This document shows positions 25,569-38,934 of a DNA stretch of 64,000 nucleotides, one piece after another; position 1 is the first letter of the stretch; every line of letters starts with the position of its first letter. Source of the DNA: Octopus vulgaris (taxonomy: Eukaryota); NCBI GenBank assembly GCA_951406725.2, contig OX597817.1, positions 105,586,001-105,650,000 of the forward strand. Reading direction: 5' to 3'. The notes under the pieces were generated by a model that worked only from the letters and a program-made list of their open reading frames with translations, had not been told where the DNA came from and ran no database searches. The position numbers and the translations under genes were made by a program.

Positions 25569-26931
25569 GTACCCAGTGTAAGCTATGGACACATAAGAGG
25601 TGCAGTAATATCAAAGGAAGGCTAACTGGGAAGATAGTTTTTGTATGTGGCAGATGCTCTGGAGCAATAAACACTGAAAATGTGCAGAGATCAACTTCCA
25701 CCACATTCCAGGGAGAAAAACTAGAAGTAGTTGATAGCTTCCGTTATCTAGGTGACCAAGTCAGTAGCGAAGGAGGGTGCACTGAAAGTGTAGCTGCTAG
25801 AATAAGAATAGCTTGGGCAAAGTTCAGAGAGCTCTTACCTCTGCTGGTGACAAAGGGCCTCTCGCTCAGAGTAAAAAGTAGACTGTATGATGCATGTGTA
25901 TGAACAGCCATGCTACACGGCAGTGAAACATGGGCTGTGACTGCTGAGGACATGCATAAGCTCGCAAGGAATGAAGCCAGTATGATCCGATGGATGTGTA
26001 ATGTCAGTGTGCATACTCAACAGAGTGTAAGTACCTTGAGAGAAAAGTTGGACCTAAGAAGCATTAGATGTGGTGTGCAAGAGAGACAACTGCGCCGGTA
26101 TGGTCATGTGGCAAGAATGGATGAGGATAGCTGCGTGAAAAAGTGCCACACCCTAGCGGTTGAGGGAACCTGTGGAAGAGGTAGACCCAGGAAGACCTGG
26201 GATGAAGTGGTGAAGCAAGACCTTCGAACATTAGGCCTTACCAAGGAAATGACTAGCGACTGAGACTTTTGGAAATATGCTGTGCTCGAGAAGACCCAGC
26301 AAGCCAAATGAGACCATAACCTGTGGCCTGTACCAGGAGCGTAACCAGCCCGCTTATGCATACCTTTCCTTCTTTGGTCACTAAACTCTGCTTGCGAAGA
26401 CCTGTTGAGGCAAGCAAAATCAAAATCAATTCAATGACTGGCATTCGTGCTAGCAGGGTGCAAAGAGCACTATACGAGTGTGATCATTGACAGAGCTACT
26501 ATTCGAGTATGATTGTTACCAGCGTTGCCTTACTGGCACTTATGCCTGTGCTAGTAGGGTGCCAAGAGCACCATCCAAGCGTGATCGTTGCCAGAGCAGC
26601 CAACTGGTTTCTGTACCTGTGGCATGTAAAAGGGCACCATTCGAGCGTGATCGTTACCAACGTCGCTTCACTGGCACCTGTGCCGGTGGCACGTGTAAAA
26701 AGATTCAAGCGAGGTCATTGCCAGTGCCGCCTGACTGGCCCCTGTGCCAGTGGCACATAAAAAGCACCCACTACACTCTCGGAGTGGTTGGCATTAGGAA
26801 GGGCATCCAGCTGTAGAAACTCTACCAGATCAAGATTGGAGCCTGGTGCAGCCATCTGGCTCGCCAGCCCTCAGTCAAAATCGTCCAACCCATGTTTGCA
26901 TGGAAAGCGGACGTTAAACGATGATGATGAT
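25569..26931 (+). mobile_element. 5'-truncated RTE LINE (PHD C-half, thumb, 3' UTR)
   Basis: ORFs 25490-25903 and 25910-26263 match the C-terminus of the 880-aa RTE ORF, with stops; 3' UTR repeats; (GAT)n tail; flanked by TA/TG microsatellite. Confidence 0.92.
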
Positions 26932-26994
26932 GTGTGTGTGTGTATATATATCACACACACATATATGTATATATATATGTGTGTGTGTGTGTGC

Positions 26995-27042
<48 letters not shown>

Positions 27043-27350
27043 ACACACATGAATGTGTGTGTGTCTGTGTCTCCTTGGCTTGATATTGCATGTTAGTTGT
27101 AAATTATTGTCACTGTCATACATGTAGTGCCTTACATTTCCCATATTCTGCAAGAACATGTCTGGCCATAGGGAAATATTACCTTGTTTGGAAAGAGGTG
27201 AGGGTTGGTGACAGAGAGGGCATCCAGCCACAGAAAATCTGCCTCAAAATACACCTCATTCAATCCATGCAAGCATGGAAAAGTGGATGTTAAATGATTA
27301 TATATATGAATATATTTATATTTTATGTATTTGTTTATATTTATTTTTAG

Positions 27351-27451
27351 GTGTGGATAACCTGACACTTCCGTATCCTCAAACTTTGGGAATTTTTCAG
27401 TCACGAAAATCTCAAGATTTATTAGTTCCACCGAAGAAAGGTATATGGTAA
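27351..27451 (+). CDS. Adhesion GPCR probable terminal coding exon
   Basis: atttttag acceptor; phase 1 gives SVDNLTLPYPQTLGIFQSRKSQDLLVPPKKGIW* and the other two frames stop at once. A possible donor aag|gtatat at 27440 makes the end uncertain. Confidence 0.6.
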
Positions 27452-28648
27452 AAGATAAGCCAGAGAGAAATATTTTACCATGAAAATTATCATTACTAGT
27501 CATTATTTTTATCCAGACATTTACAAAGACAATTCTTTAATTACCAAGAGTAGTATATTCATAAACATGTTTCATATGACACAAAGCAAATTCTCTGAAT
27601 CTTGATTTCCCTAAAAAAAAAAGTTATCAATGCAAACACAAAAGCATAATACAAACAATATCTCCCATTAGAAAATTACCATTTTCAAATCTCACAACAT
27701 GACATATTCAGCAACAGTACTTTGTAGTAAAGATTCCCTTGTTTGAAAATATAAGGACACAGATCGTGTTGTATAACCAGCTGGAGACGATGTCTCCTGG
27801 GGCTAAATTACAGCAACATTAGTCCTAAACCGGGATTGCCATGTTATGTTGGCAAACAATCTTTACTACAATATCTCCCATGTTGCAGAATCATTGCGTC
27901 CCTGAAAAATCTTATCAAAATATGCAACTATGTAACATGAAATCTATTCTCCCTGAAGACTTCCATATTATGTAGTGTTTCAGAAATACAGTTGGTGCCT
28001 GTTTTCTGTAGTGATTTCATTAAAAGTAACTAATCTGATTATTCTATTGTTTCTAAAGATCTCATCCAGTTACTTTTACTTGATCATTTTACAATGCTTA
28101 ATTAAATGTTGTGTCTACATTCTGTCACTGTTTGGTCTAATGCCAAAGCATTAACAAATGTGCCTTAAAATATTCATAACTAGCTTCTGCAACTTTCACA
28201 ACTTTTTTTTTTTTTTGCTGTTCTCATATTATAAAAATGTTGTAAGTGCTTGCAAATATTTTTTTTTTATCATCTGGAGATACTGTGCAATGAAATTTTA
28301 TGAAAATATGGCCTACTACATAAAACAAAACAGGAAACAATTTGAATGGGAAATAACATTTACCAGTGAATTTATTTTAAACCAAGTTAACTGATAAACA
28401 CAGAACTGATAGTTGATCTCACAATGAATACTCATCAATCAACTATTAAAAGAGAATTTTAATACTTTTTATATAAGACAATGATAGTTCTGTGTGTGTG
28501 TGAGTGTAGTTTCGTATTTTTTAAAGAAACCGAAGCTTAGAGTTTGTCTTGTGACTTGAGTTTCACACTTAGTTTCACCTAAAGGTAAGACTGCAGTAAC
28601 ATGAAACACAAGTCATGAAATAAACTCTCAGCTTCATTTGTTATTTTT

Positions 28649-28689
<41 letters not shown>

Positions 28690-28994
28690 ATGTGTTTGCA
28701 TGCAGAAGTGTAAACAACAAATGTTTAAGAGAATATATTATTTATAAAAATCTCACTATATTAATATTTATATTTTTAACCTCCAACCACTTTTTATGTC
28801 TGAAATGTAAAACTTCAGACCTGATAGACTTTAATTTACAAATTTACATTGGGATATTCAATATACCTATGATCAACTGTCCTGTTAGATATTTCATGAT
28901 ATTTCTTCTCAACCATGATATTTTATCTTAAAATCTTCCTGAAATAAATGAAACCAACAGTAACAATAAATAGTCTATTCTTACATATATGTAA

Positions 28995-29130
28995 AATAAT
29001 GATAAACGGTATATTCTTATCGAGAATAATGATAAATGGCATTTTCTTATACAGAATAATGATAAAGAGCATATTCTTATACAGAATAACACTAAGCAAC
29101 ATATTGTTATATAGAATAATGATAAGAGTC
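28995..29130. repeat. 30-bp minisatellite, about 4.5 units
   Basis: Unit atattcttatacagaataatgataaa(n4), repeating at 30-bp spacing. Confidence 0.85.
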
Positions 29131-29294
29131 AATGGCAGGTGACCAAGACATCTAGTGAATTGATTATATATATAGGCACATAGTTCTGAGTTCAATCTCA
29201 CTGCACGGCAAGTGTCCTCTACTGTAGCCTTGGGCTGATCAAAGCTTTGTGGGTGGATTTGGTTGATGGAAACTGAAAGAAGCCTGTCGTATAT

Positions 29295-29345
<51 letters not shown>

Positions 29346-29347
29346 GG

Positions 29348-30941
29348 AGCCATCAGTAAGGTGAGGATTGGCAATGAGTACAGTGAAGAATTCTGGGCAC
29401 AGGTAGGAGTTCACCAAAGATCAGTCCTCAGCTGCCTCTTATTCATCATAGTCCTCCAGGTAATAACAGAGGAATTCAAGATGGGCTGCTCCTGGGAGCT
29501 CCCCTATGCTGATGACATTGTTCAAATAGCTATACCAGAACTACCAGAACTAGAGAAGAAGTTTCAGGTGTGGAAGCAAGGTCTAGAATCGAAGGGCCTT
29601 AGAATCAATCTAGCAAAAACCAAAGTCTTAGTAAGTAGGAAGGCAGACAAATCACAAATCCCTTCAGGTAGATTGCCCTGCTTGATCTGTAGGAAAGGTG
29701 TAGGTAGAAACTCCATAAGATGTACCCGGTGTAAGCTATGGACACATAAGAGGTGCAGCAATATCAACGGAAGGTTAACTGGGAAGATAGTTTTTGTGTG
29801 TGGCAGTTGGACAGGGGCAATAAACACCAAAGATGTACAGAAAACAGATTGCATCACATGCCAGCTGGAAAAACTAGAAGTAGTTGATAGCTTCCATTAC
29901 CTAGTTGACTAAGTTAGTAGTAGGGGTGGATGCTCTGAGAGTGTAGCTGCAAGAATAAGAATAGCCTGAGTAAAGTTCAGAGATCTCCTACCTCTGCTGG
30001 TAACAAAAGTCCTCTCACTCAGAGTGAAAGGTAGACTGTATGATGCATGTGTGCGAACAGCCATGCTACACGGTAGTGAAACATGGGCTGTGACTGCTGA
30101 GGACATGCATAGGCTTGAAAGAAATGAAGCTAGTATGTTCTGCTGGATGTGTAATGTCAGTGTGCATACACAACAGAGTGTAAGTGCCCTGAAAGAAAAG
30201 TTGGACATCAGATGTGGTGTGCAAGAGAGATGACTGTGCTGGTATGGTCAGGTGTTGCATATGGATGAGGATAGCTTTGTGAAGAAGTGTCACGCCCCAA
30301 CAGTGGAGGGAACCTGTGGAAGAGGTAGACCCAGGAAGACATGGGATAAGGTAATGAAGCACGACCTTCAAACATTGGGCCGCACAGAGGCAATGACAAG
30401 CGATTGAGACCTTTGGAGACATGCTGTACTTGAGAAGATCCGGCAAACCAAGTGAGACTGTGACCGATGCCAGTGTCGCATAACTGACCTGTTTAAAAGT
30501 ACCCTTCAATCATCAGGCAATATGCTGTGCTTGAGAAGACCTGTTGAGTCAAGTGAAATCGTAGTCATGGTCGATGCTAGTACCGCCTGATTGACATCTG
30601 CTCTGGTGACACATAAAAAGCACCGTTTGAGTGTGTCTGATGCCAGTGCCTGTGGCACATAGAAAGCACCATTCGAACATGGTTGCTGCCAGTGCTGCCT
30701 GACTGGCTCCTGTGCTGGTGGCACGTAAAAAGCACCATTCGAGCATGGTCAATGCCAGTGGCACATAAAAAGGCACCTACTACACTCCCAGAGTGGTTGG
30801 CATTAGGAAGGGTATCTAGCTGTAGAAACCTTGCCAGATCATATTGGAGCTTGGTGCAGCTTCCTCACTTGACAATCCTCAGTCAAACTATTCAACTCAT
30901 ACCAGCATGGAAAGCAGACTTTAAACAATGATGATGATGAT
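29348..30941 (+). mobile_element. 5'-truncated RTE LINE inserted in a composite SINE linker
   Basis: ORF 29361-29912 (GVHQRSVLS...PYADD...PHD) matches the RTE RT; (GAT)n tail; SINE left half at ~29170-29300 and right half at ~30960-31185. Confidence 0.92.
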
Positions 30942-31506
30942 ATATATATATATATATGTATGTATTTGTGTGTGTGTGTCTTTGTGTCTGTGTTTGTCCC
31001 CTAACCATTGCTTGACAACTGATGCTGTCTGTTTACATCCCTGTAACTTAGTGGTTCAACAAAAGAAACCGATAGAATGAGTACTAGGCTTATAAAGAAT
31101 AAGTCCTGGGATCAATTTCTGAGACTAAAAACTCTTTAAGGTGATGCTCCGGCATGGCCACAGTCAAATGACTGAAACAAATAATATAAACAGCAACATT
31201 AAAAATTATATCCTCTCTTTTATTCATTTCAGTCATTGGACGGCAGCTATGTAGGGGCATTGAAAGGTTTTAATTTATTCCAGTATTTATTTTTTTATTT
31301 AAATCCAGTGCTTATCTTAGTAGTCTCTGTCACACCATTATGTTATGAGACATAAGCACTCAATCTCTCTCTCTCCTGACACACATACATAGTAAATAAA
31401 CATAGCATGTACATACCTATGTGTGTATATATATATTATAATTTAAAACCTGTCCTTATATTAGCAGAAATGAAATAGGAAGAAAACTAAATGAATATAC
31501 TGAATT

Positions 31507-31790
31507 CATCATCATCATCTACATTTAACATCTATTTTCCATGTTGGTATGGATTGGACAGCTTGACAGGAACTGGTAAGGCCAGGGGCTGCACCAGGTT
31601 TCATAGTCTGTTTTGGATGGGTTTCTACAGCTGGATGCTCTTCCTAACACCAATCACACCAGAGTGTACCAGGTGCTTTTTTTGTGGCCCCATAACCAGT
31701 GCTTTTTACATGGCACCAGCACCAGTGCTTTTTATGTGGCACCAGTACTTTTTACATGGCACCAGTGCTTTTTACGTGGTGCCAGCATCC
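31507..31790 (-). mobile_element. RTE 3' tail with short tandem units
   Basis: (CAT)n, conserved tail, repeated cagtgctttttacatggcac. Confidence 0.7.
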
Positions 31791-33351
31791 ATACCATAGA
31801 TATATATCTATAATATATATATATATAGATATATAACAAAATTTATTCTTTGTCAATACACTAAAAGTGTATGTATTTGAAGAAATATGTTAAAATTAAA
31901 TAAAATTTTGAAGAAATGTATGTGAATATGTGTGAGTGTGGGTGTAAATATGAGTATGAATATGCATGTTACCAACCTTAGTTTTATTCTTGCCCTGTCT
32001 CACTATCTGCCTCTCTATTTATCTATCTACATTTATCTGTTTCTGTAAATCTTCCTCTTTCAACTCTTCCTGATGAATAAATATAGTGATATCCTAAGTG
32101 TTGAGTGTATTATTTTTGAGACTTAGTCTTAAGACAAGCACATGAGTACTCAAAACAAATTATGTATATATATTATAATATCATGAATCCATTATATTCA
32201 TTGTATTACTATTAATATTTATTCTTATTAAGGTGGTGATATGGTAGAATCGTTAGCATGTTGGGCAAAATGCTTACCAGCAGTTCGTCCGCTTTTACAT
32301 TCTGAGTTCAAATTCTGTCAAAGCCAACTTTGTCTTTCATCCTTTAGGGGTTGATAAAATAAGTACCAGTTGAGTGCTGGGGTTGATGTAATTAACTTAC
32401 TCCATCCCACGAAATTGCTGGCCTTGTGCCAAAATTTGAAACCAATATTTATGTTCATGAAATGAATTTCCCATGTTGTATTAAAACAATTGTAACTACA
32501 GAATTAAAGATAATACCATAAATTTCAGTCTTTGAGTTAATACACACATTTACACAGGATAGGCTTCTGCACAGTTTCTATCAACTATCACAAAAATCGT
32601 TCAGCCTAAGGTTACAGTAAAAGACACTTGCCTAATATACTATGTAGTAAGACTAAACTTGAAATAGCATGGTCACACAATGAACTTCTTAAACACACAG
32701 CCACACCTATGTCTATACTTTTCCCAACACATTACTATAGCCCTCAAAGCTTCAACAAATACTATGCCTGACAATCACTGATGATTTCACATTCATAATT
32801 TAAAAATACATTCAAAAGAATATAACAATAACTTTCATTCTACAGAAAAAATATGTAAGATAATTGTATACTGATAAATTTAGATGGGTGCTTTCATCTT
32901 CTTTGTTACAGTCACAATGTTTCAGCCATTCTGGTCTTCTTCTGGTGGTTGTCATCATCATTATCAATTAATATCCACCTTCCATGCTGGCATGGGTTGA
33001 ATGGCTTGACAGGAGCTGATGAGGTAGAAAACTGCACTAGGCTTCACTGTCTGTTTTGGCATGGTTTTTATGGCTGGATGCCCTTCCTAAGACCAACCAT
33101 CTTACAGAGTGGACAGAGTGCTTTTCATGTAGCACCACCACTAGTAAGGTCTATTTTATGGCTGGATGCCTTTCCAAATGCCAGTCACTTTAGTGTGGAC
33201 TGGATGCTTTTTATATGGCACTAGCAGTGGTGGGGTCACCATGTAACTCACATTTAGTAATATACTTAGGATTTGGAAATGAACTCTTTACTAAAACAAC
33301 TGTGGTATTGCTTTCATTTTGTTGTCCATGTGAAAGATATTCTCCTTATTA

Positions 33352-33863
33352 CCATAAATCCTCGAGTATAGTCTGCCCTTGCGTATAATACACAGGGGAT
33401 TTTTAGGGGGCTGTACCTCTGAAAAACCTAGACCTTGTGTATAATACACATCACTTCTCTAACTTGAGTCAAGGAGGTCTATATAATGTCCTTGGTTTGT
33501 AAAAATGTATACGGTAACGTACTTTATTATTATTGTATATATAACATAATGCAAACGTGTAGCTTTTTTGTGCATTTTGTTTGCAGAAAATAAAGAAATA
33601 ACAGTAATAATGTTTAATAAATGTTGCTTACTACGAGTTATAGATGATTCTTTTATGACTTTATTGCTTTCAGGTTTAGCTTAAGATATTTTCATGCCCG
33701 ACATCACAAAATGCATCTGAATAAACATTGCCGGACAGCAAATAGAGACTCAGACATTGCTTAGAAAATAATTTTCATTTTTAACCTCGTGTATAATACG
33801 CACCAGGGATTTTGACTTTTAAATTTTGGGAAAAAAATGCGGATTATACTCGAGGATTTACGC
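33352..33863. mobile_element. Tc1/pogo-type MITE with TA TSD
   Basis: TA-ccataaatcctcgagtatagtc ... gattatactcgaggatttacgc-TA. An inverted sister copy starts at 63672. Confidence 0.8.
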
Positions 33864-36204
33864 TACTCATTCTACTACCTGTCATTCCCATCATTGTTTT
33901 AAAATCCACTTTTTCATGGCTGCATGGGTCACACAGAATTTGTTGAGGCAGATTTTCTACAGCCTGATGTTCTTCCTGTCCAGTAACCTTATTTGCTTCC
34001 AAACAAGATAATATTTTCCATAGCCAGGCATGTTTTCATTGAAAGTTGGCAGTGAACACCACCGTCTGTATGCTGGAGATGCCCAATTACATTTACTATC
34101 AGGTAACATGAAGAGAAGGAAACATGACCACTTACACACACATACTATATTTAGGTACAGGCATGGCTGTGTGGTAAGAATTTGGTTTTCCGAACACATG
34201 GTTCCTGGTTTACTGTGTAGCATCTTGGGCAAGTGTCTTCTACTATAGCCTCAGGCTGACAAAAGCCTTCAGAGTGGATTTGGTAGACAGAAACTGAAAG
34301 AAGCCCATCGTATATATGTGTGTCTGTCTTTGTATCTGTGTTTGTCCCACCATCACTGCTTGACAACCAGTGTTAGTGTGTTTTCACCCCCATAACTTAG
34401 CGGTTCGGCAAAAGAGACCGATAGAATAAGTACTAGGCTTACAAAGAATAAGTCCTGAGGTTGATTTCTTCGACTAAAACCCTTCAAGGCAGTGCCTTAG
34501 CATGGATGCAGTCAAATGACTGAAACAAGTAAAAAAAAAAAAAGAATATGCATACACACACAATGAGCTTCTTAATTTCTGTCTAGGCTTTGGTCAGACC
34601 AGGGCTGTAGTAGAAGACAGTAGCCCAAGATGCTGTGCAAGTGGGACTGAACCTGCAAACTACATGGTTAGGAAGCTAACTTCTCAACCACACAGCTATG
34701 TTTGTGCCAGGAACCATTCCCATTCCCTATCGGTGATGCTGTTTATTTGTTAAGCTTCAGCTAGAGTATATAAAGCTTGACTGACTAAAGAACTGAAATA
34801 CCACCCACTAGATAAACCACTAAGTTTGACACTTAATCATTGTTTATATCCACTTATCCCATTGTCCTGCAATATTACTGATCCTTGTTTTTGATCTCTT
34901 AAAGAATGACAAAAGGCAAATCCGTTGGGGATTTGACTGTAGAAATAGAAAGCATGAACATAACTATAATAAAAACCACAATAGTTGTGACAACTCATCT
35001 GACTAAAGGACAGAAACATTTCATGAAATGTCATAAATGACTGTGTGGTTTAAGAAGTTCACTTTCTGACTAAATGGTTTCAGGTTTGATCAGAGTGTCA
35101 AATGTCTTGGGTAAAGAATAATAACAAATATCAATGGGAATGAAATTCTGATTTAAAAGTTCTGCAGAACAACAACTAGATTTCCTAATTTTAGATTCTG
35201 AACATGAGGGTCAAAGTAAAGTTGTATTTCTGGAAATAATAGGATCTCAATTAACATAGGATCAATTAGGAAGCCTCTATGTAGTTATTTGACTTGCTAG
35301 AACTAGTGACTAAGTTGTCATCAAATCTTAACAAAATGAAGGAGATATTGGACAAACTAGCCTAAACTTTAGATTTACAAAAAAAAGATGGTACTGTTTT
35401 GAATGTGGGCTAAACAACATTCTCGAGGCCTGACTGATAATACTAGGATTGAGAATGATGATGCCCCCTCAGTAAAAGAAACATACTGACTCATAAAGTA
35501 AGAAGTATTAGAATACTAACAATAGAAAGTTATGCCATGTCATAAGTTAGAATTATCATGGTTCAAATTTAGTCTCATAAGTACTCAAAATACTTAACTC
35601 TCAAATAGTCCAGTATCAAGTACAAAGAACCATAAACAAGTGATATGAGTCAGGATGGAGTGTAGCTCATAAACCTGAGACATTTTTGTAATTTTCATTT
35701 GTTTGTATTACCAAGATGGGATTCTTCTTTGAGTACCATATGACAACTGATATAATTATATCAGATGAACCAGTTGTATACTGTGTGAAGCATGTCAAAA
35801 TTGATGGTTTCTGATAACAATTTTGAGTCCAAAAAAGTAGTGGATTAGCAGATGTTAGAGCATTGGGCAGAATGCTAGTAATACATAGTTACAGTTCGTT
35901 ACATATTTCAAGTCTTGCCAGGGTCAACTTTGCCTTTCATTCTTCTGGGTTTGATAAAAGAAAATACAATCCAAATACTGAGGTTGATTTAATATTCCAA
36001 TAAAGCATCCTAGATGTGAATGAAATTATATATAAGATAAGTTTGAAACCCAAATCTCTAACTTAAATTTGACCGACATTTTAATTTTTCATTAGTTCAT
36101 TTATCAAAATATATACTGGATTGATTAAGTCCAGAATTGAGAGAAGCAATATGGAAATAATAGTAAACTAGAAAATCTTATATATGTGTTATCATATTAA
36201 TCAC

Positions 36205-36555
36205 TCCTTTAGCATTCACTCTGCTGGGTGGTTGGTATTAGGAAGGGCATCCAGCCATAAAAACCATGCCAAAACAGAGACTGCAGCTTGGTGTAGTCTT
36301 CTTCCAGGCCAACTCCTGTCAAACCATCCAACCCATGCCAGCATGGAAGGTGGACATTAAACAATGATGATGATGATGATTCTATTAAAAGTAATGCCTA
36401 ATAATTCATATTGTTTTGAATTAATCATGCGTTATCTTGTAGCTATGAGATTTTGAGGACGTAACTTTAAGTTTTTGGAATGATATAGTAGGGTTGGTGT
36501 GAGAAACCACATCTGGCCTGTTTGGCTGGATATGGCCAGTTTAAATGCTAAAGGG
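36205..36555. mobile_element. piggyBac-type MITE interrupted by an RTE tail (~36218-36380)
   Basis: cctttagcattca left end, aatgctaaaggg right end, internal RTE tail with (GAT)n. Confidence 0.7.
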
Positions 36556-36978
36556 TTTAAGTCCTGGACTTTTAACTTGATTCTTTGTTTCTATTTTCAC
36601 AATATTTTAATCAGTTCAATATTGACAAGTGTCATATTTCTAAACATGTATCAGGTTGCAACAAAGTCTAATTGTCTAAATAGAGGAAAAAATAGTGGTG
36701 ATCATAGATGTATCTACTCGTTAAAATACTCTCCTTTGCTTTTGATAACCTTGTTCTGTTTATCAACAAGATTTTGAAAGCCATGTTTAAATGGGGGTTG
36801 ATTTCTAATTTCAGGAATTAATTGTAATTTATTTTGTTGAATAAATAAAAAAAAATAGAAATACATTTTAAGAGCTTTAATTTTTTTTTCATATAAATGA
36901 AAGAAAAAAATTACCAATATGTTTCATATAAAATTCTAAACATTTCTTCTGACTGAGCCAACATCACAAATAGAATGT

Positions 36979-37088
36979 TTATTTATGTTTCAGAAATTCG
37001 TCCCTGAGCCATTGAGATTCTTGATAAAATATTGGATCACCAAGTTTCAGAGCAGTTCGTTTATAAAAGTAATAGTAAAATATCGCAC
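36979..37088 (-). CDS. TMEM138: TMEM138 last coding exon
   Basis: (S)[35 protein letters not shown], matching the recalled TMEM138 C-terminus [26 protein letters not shown]; tag acceptor; phase 1. Confidence 0.95.
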
Positions 37089-37389
37089 CTATAAAAAATA
37101 TATATATATATATAGATTCTGTTAATTAACTGAAAGATTTTCACAAATATATATTAAACATATGTTTTTAAAATCCTTTTAATAGCAAAAATTATTTTCA
37201 AGTAAAAAGATGGATATTATAAACATAAGTGAAATAAGCTTTCAGTTTCAGCAATTTCCTCTTTAAACTTATGATTACTTAATATAATTAGCTAAATATT
37301 TTACTCAATCATTCATTTGGAATGTGTCTATGTTGGGCACTGCCTTCATGAGTTTTAGTTGATTATGTTCCCCACATGATGCTTTAGTA

Positions 37390-38196
37390 CAGTGTTTTTC
37401 AACTATTTTTACCTATAGACTCCTTTGATTCCTATTTTACTCTGTTTCCCCCAACTAGCCATCCGATGTTTAAAAAAATCACATATTTTTATAATTAAAT
37501 ATCATTAGGAATTGTCATCATCATCATTTAACATCCATTTTCCATGGGCATGGGTTGGATGGTTTAACAGAAGCCGACAAGCTGAAAGGCTGTTCAGGCT
37601 CTATGTTTGTTTTGGTATGGTTTCTACATTTGGATGCCCTTCCTAACGCTAACTTATGAGCCCACAAGATTAGGGATGCTCAGCTGGAGAGGGTTGCAAG
37701 GGATCAGCCTGGACACAAGAGCAACCACTCTTTACTTAGCTTGGCGTGTTTTTAAAGAACACAGCAAACCACCAGGAGTCTTGGTCCCCTGTCATCCCTT
37801 CTGTGAGTCCCAACATTTGCTGATCCTTTCTCACCACTTTGTCCCACATCTTTATAAGCGATTTGTTTGTTCCTTCTCAAGCCATGCCTAGCTCACAATG
37901 GGCTGGTTTCCTGGTTTCATTGGCGTATAGGTTCCCCACCTGGGTGGGACACTGGTCCATCGCAGGTGAGCTGCTAGATGCAGGAGGAAAGGGTGAGAGA
38001 AAGTTGTGGCGAAAGATTCAGCAAAAGTTCGCCATTACCTTCTGATGGAGCCATGTAGAGCTTAGGTGTTTTGCTCATAAACACACACATCGCCCGGTCT
38101 GAGATTCAAACCCATGATCCCTCGACTGCGAGTCCACTGCTCTAACCACTAGGCCATGTGCCCAAAAGCCAGATGGACCCCAGTTGAGAACCATTG
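37390..38196. mobile_element. hAT (Charlie-like) MITE carrying a nested RTE tail and a SINE
   Basis: cagtgtttttcaac ... gttgagaaccattg TIRs; TSD ctttagta/ctctagtg; nested RTE fragment ~37515-37850(-) and SINE ~37870-38160(-). Confidence 0.65.
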
Positions 38197-38457
38197 CTCT
38201 AGTGTATCAATCTCTATTGAATGGCTAAGTATTACTAAGTATAAAGAGATCTAACTTGTATGGAATAAATGGTACAAGAGGTTTGTTGCAAAGATTTTTT
38301 CAGACATACTTGCTGAAAAACATACATTTGCATAATAGACTTAAGCATAGCTTCTACAAAATTCTGCTCACAAAGCATTGATGGTGAGATTATAGTAGAA
38401 GACAAATGTTGTTGGTGCTCCAGAATGAGGTGGCTGGGAAGTGAAATTAATACACAG

Positions 38458-38717
38458 TCATATCCATACCCATCTTGGCACATAAAAAGCACCAACCGAT
38501 CGTGGCCGTTGCCAGCCTTGCCTGGCATCTGTGCCAGTGGCACGTAAAAAGCACCCACTTTTTGGAATGGTTGGCGTTAGGAAGGGCATCCAGCTGTAGA
38601 AACACTGCCAGATCAGACTGGGCCTGGTGCAACCTCCTGGCTTCCCAGACCCCAGTCGAACCGGCCAGCCCATGCTAGCATGGAAAGCGGACATTAAACA
38701 ATGATAATGATGATGAT
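38458..38717 (+). mobile_element. RTE 3' tail
   Basis: ggcacgtaaaaagcaccc units, ttggcgttaggaagggcatccagctgtagaaac, (GAT)n tail. Confidence 0.8.
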
Positions 38718-38855
38718 CTTGAAATAAATATTCCATCATAAAGTGTGGCAAAAACTTAACTTACTAAAAACTGAAATTCCAAAATAGAATTAGTGAAATA
38801 GTAAAGTGGGTGTTAATATATACAATGGAAAGAAAGTAGAGTAAATTTTACTTAC

Positions 38856-38934
38856 TGCACCTCTGGATTACATATATTACTTGAACACCACTGATATTCC
38901 AGACATATTCGTTAACATTCTTCCAGCGTAGATT
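38856..38934 (-). CDS. TMEM138: TMEM138 coding exon 3
   Basis: NLRWKNVNEYVWNISGVQVIYVIQRC (cf. [24 protein letters not shown]); cag and gtaagt boundaries; phase 0-1. Confidence 0.95.

Noticed and set aside
27500-36900. TMEM216 or another gene between the GPCR and TMEM138
   Set aside because: No exon-like frames with recognisable homology were found; the region is 3' UTR-like sequence plus repeats.
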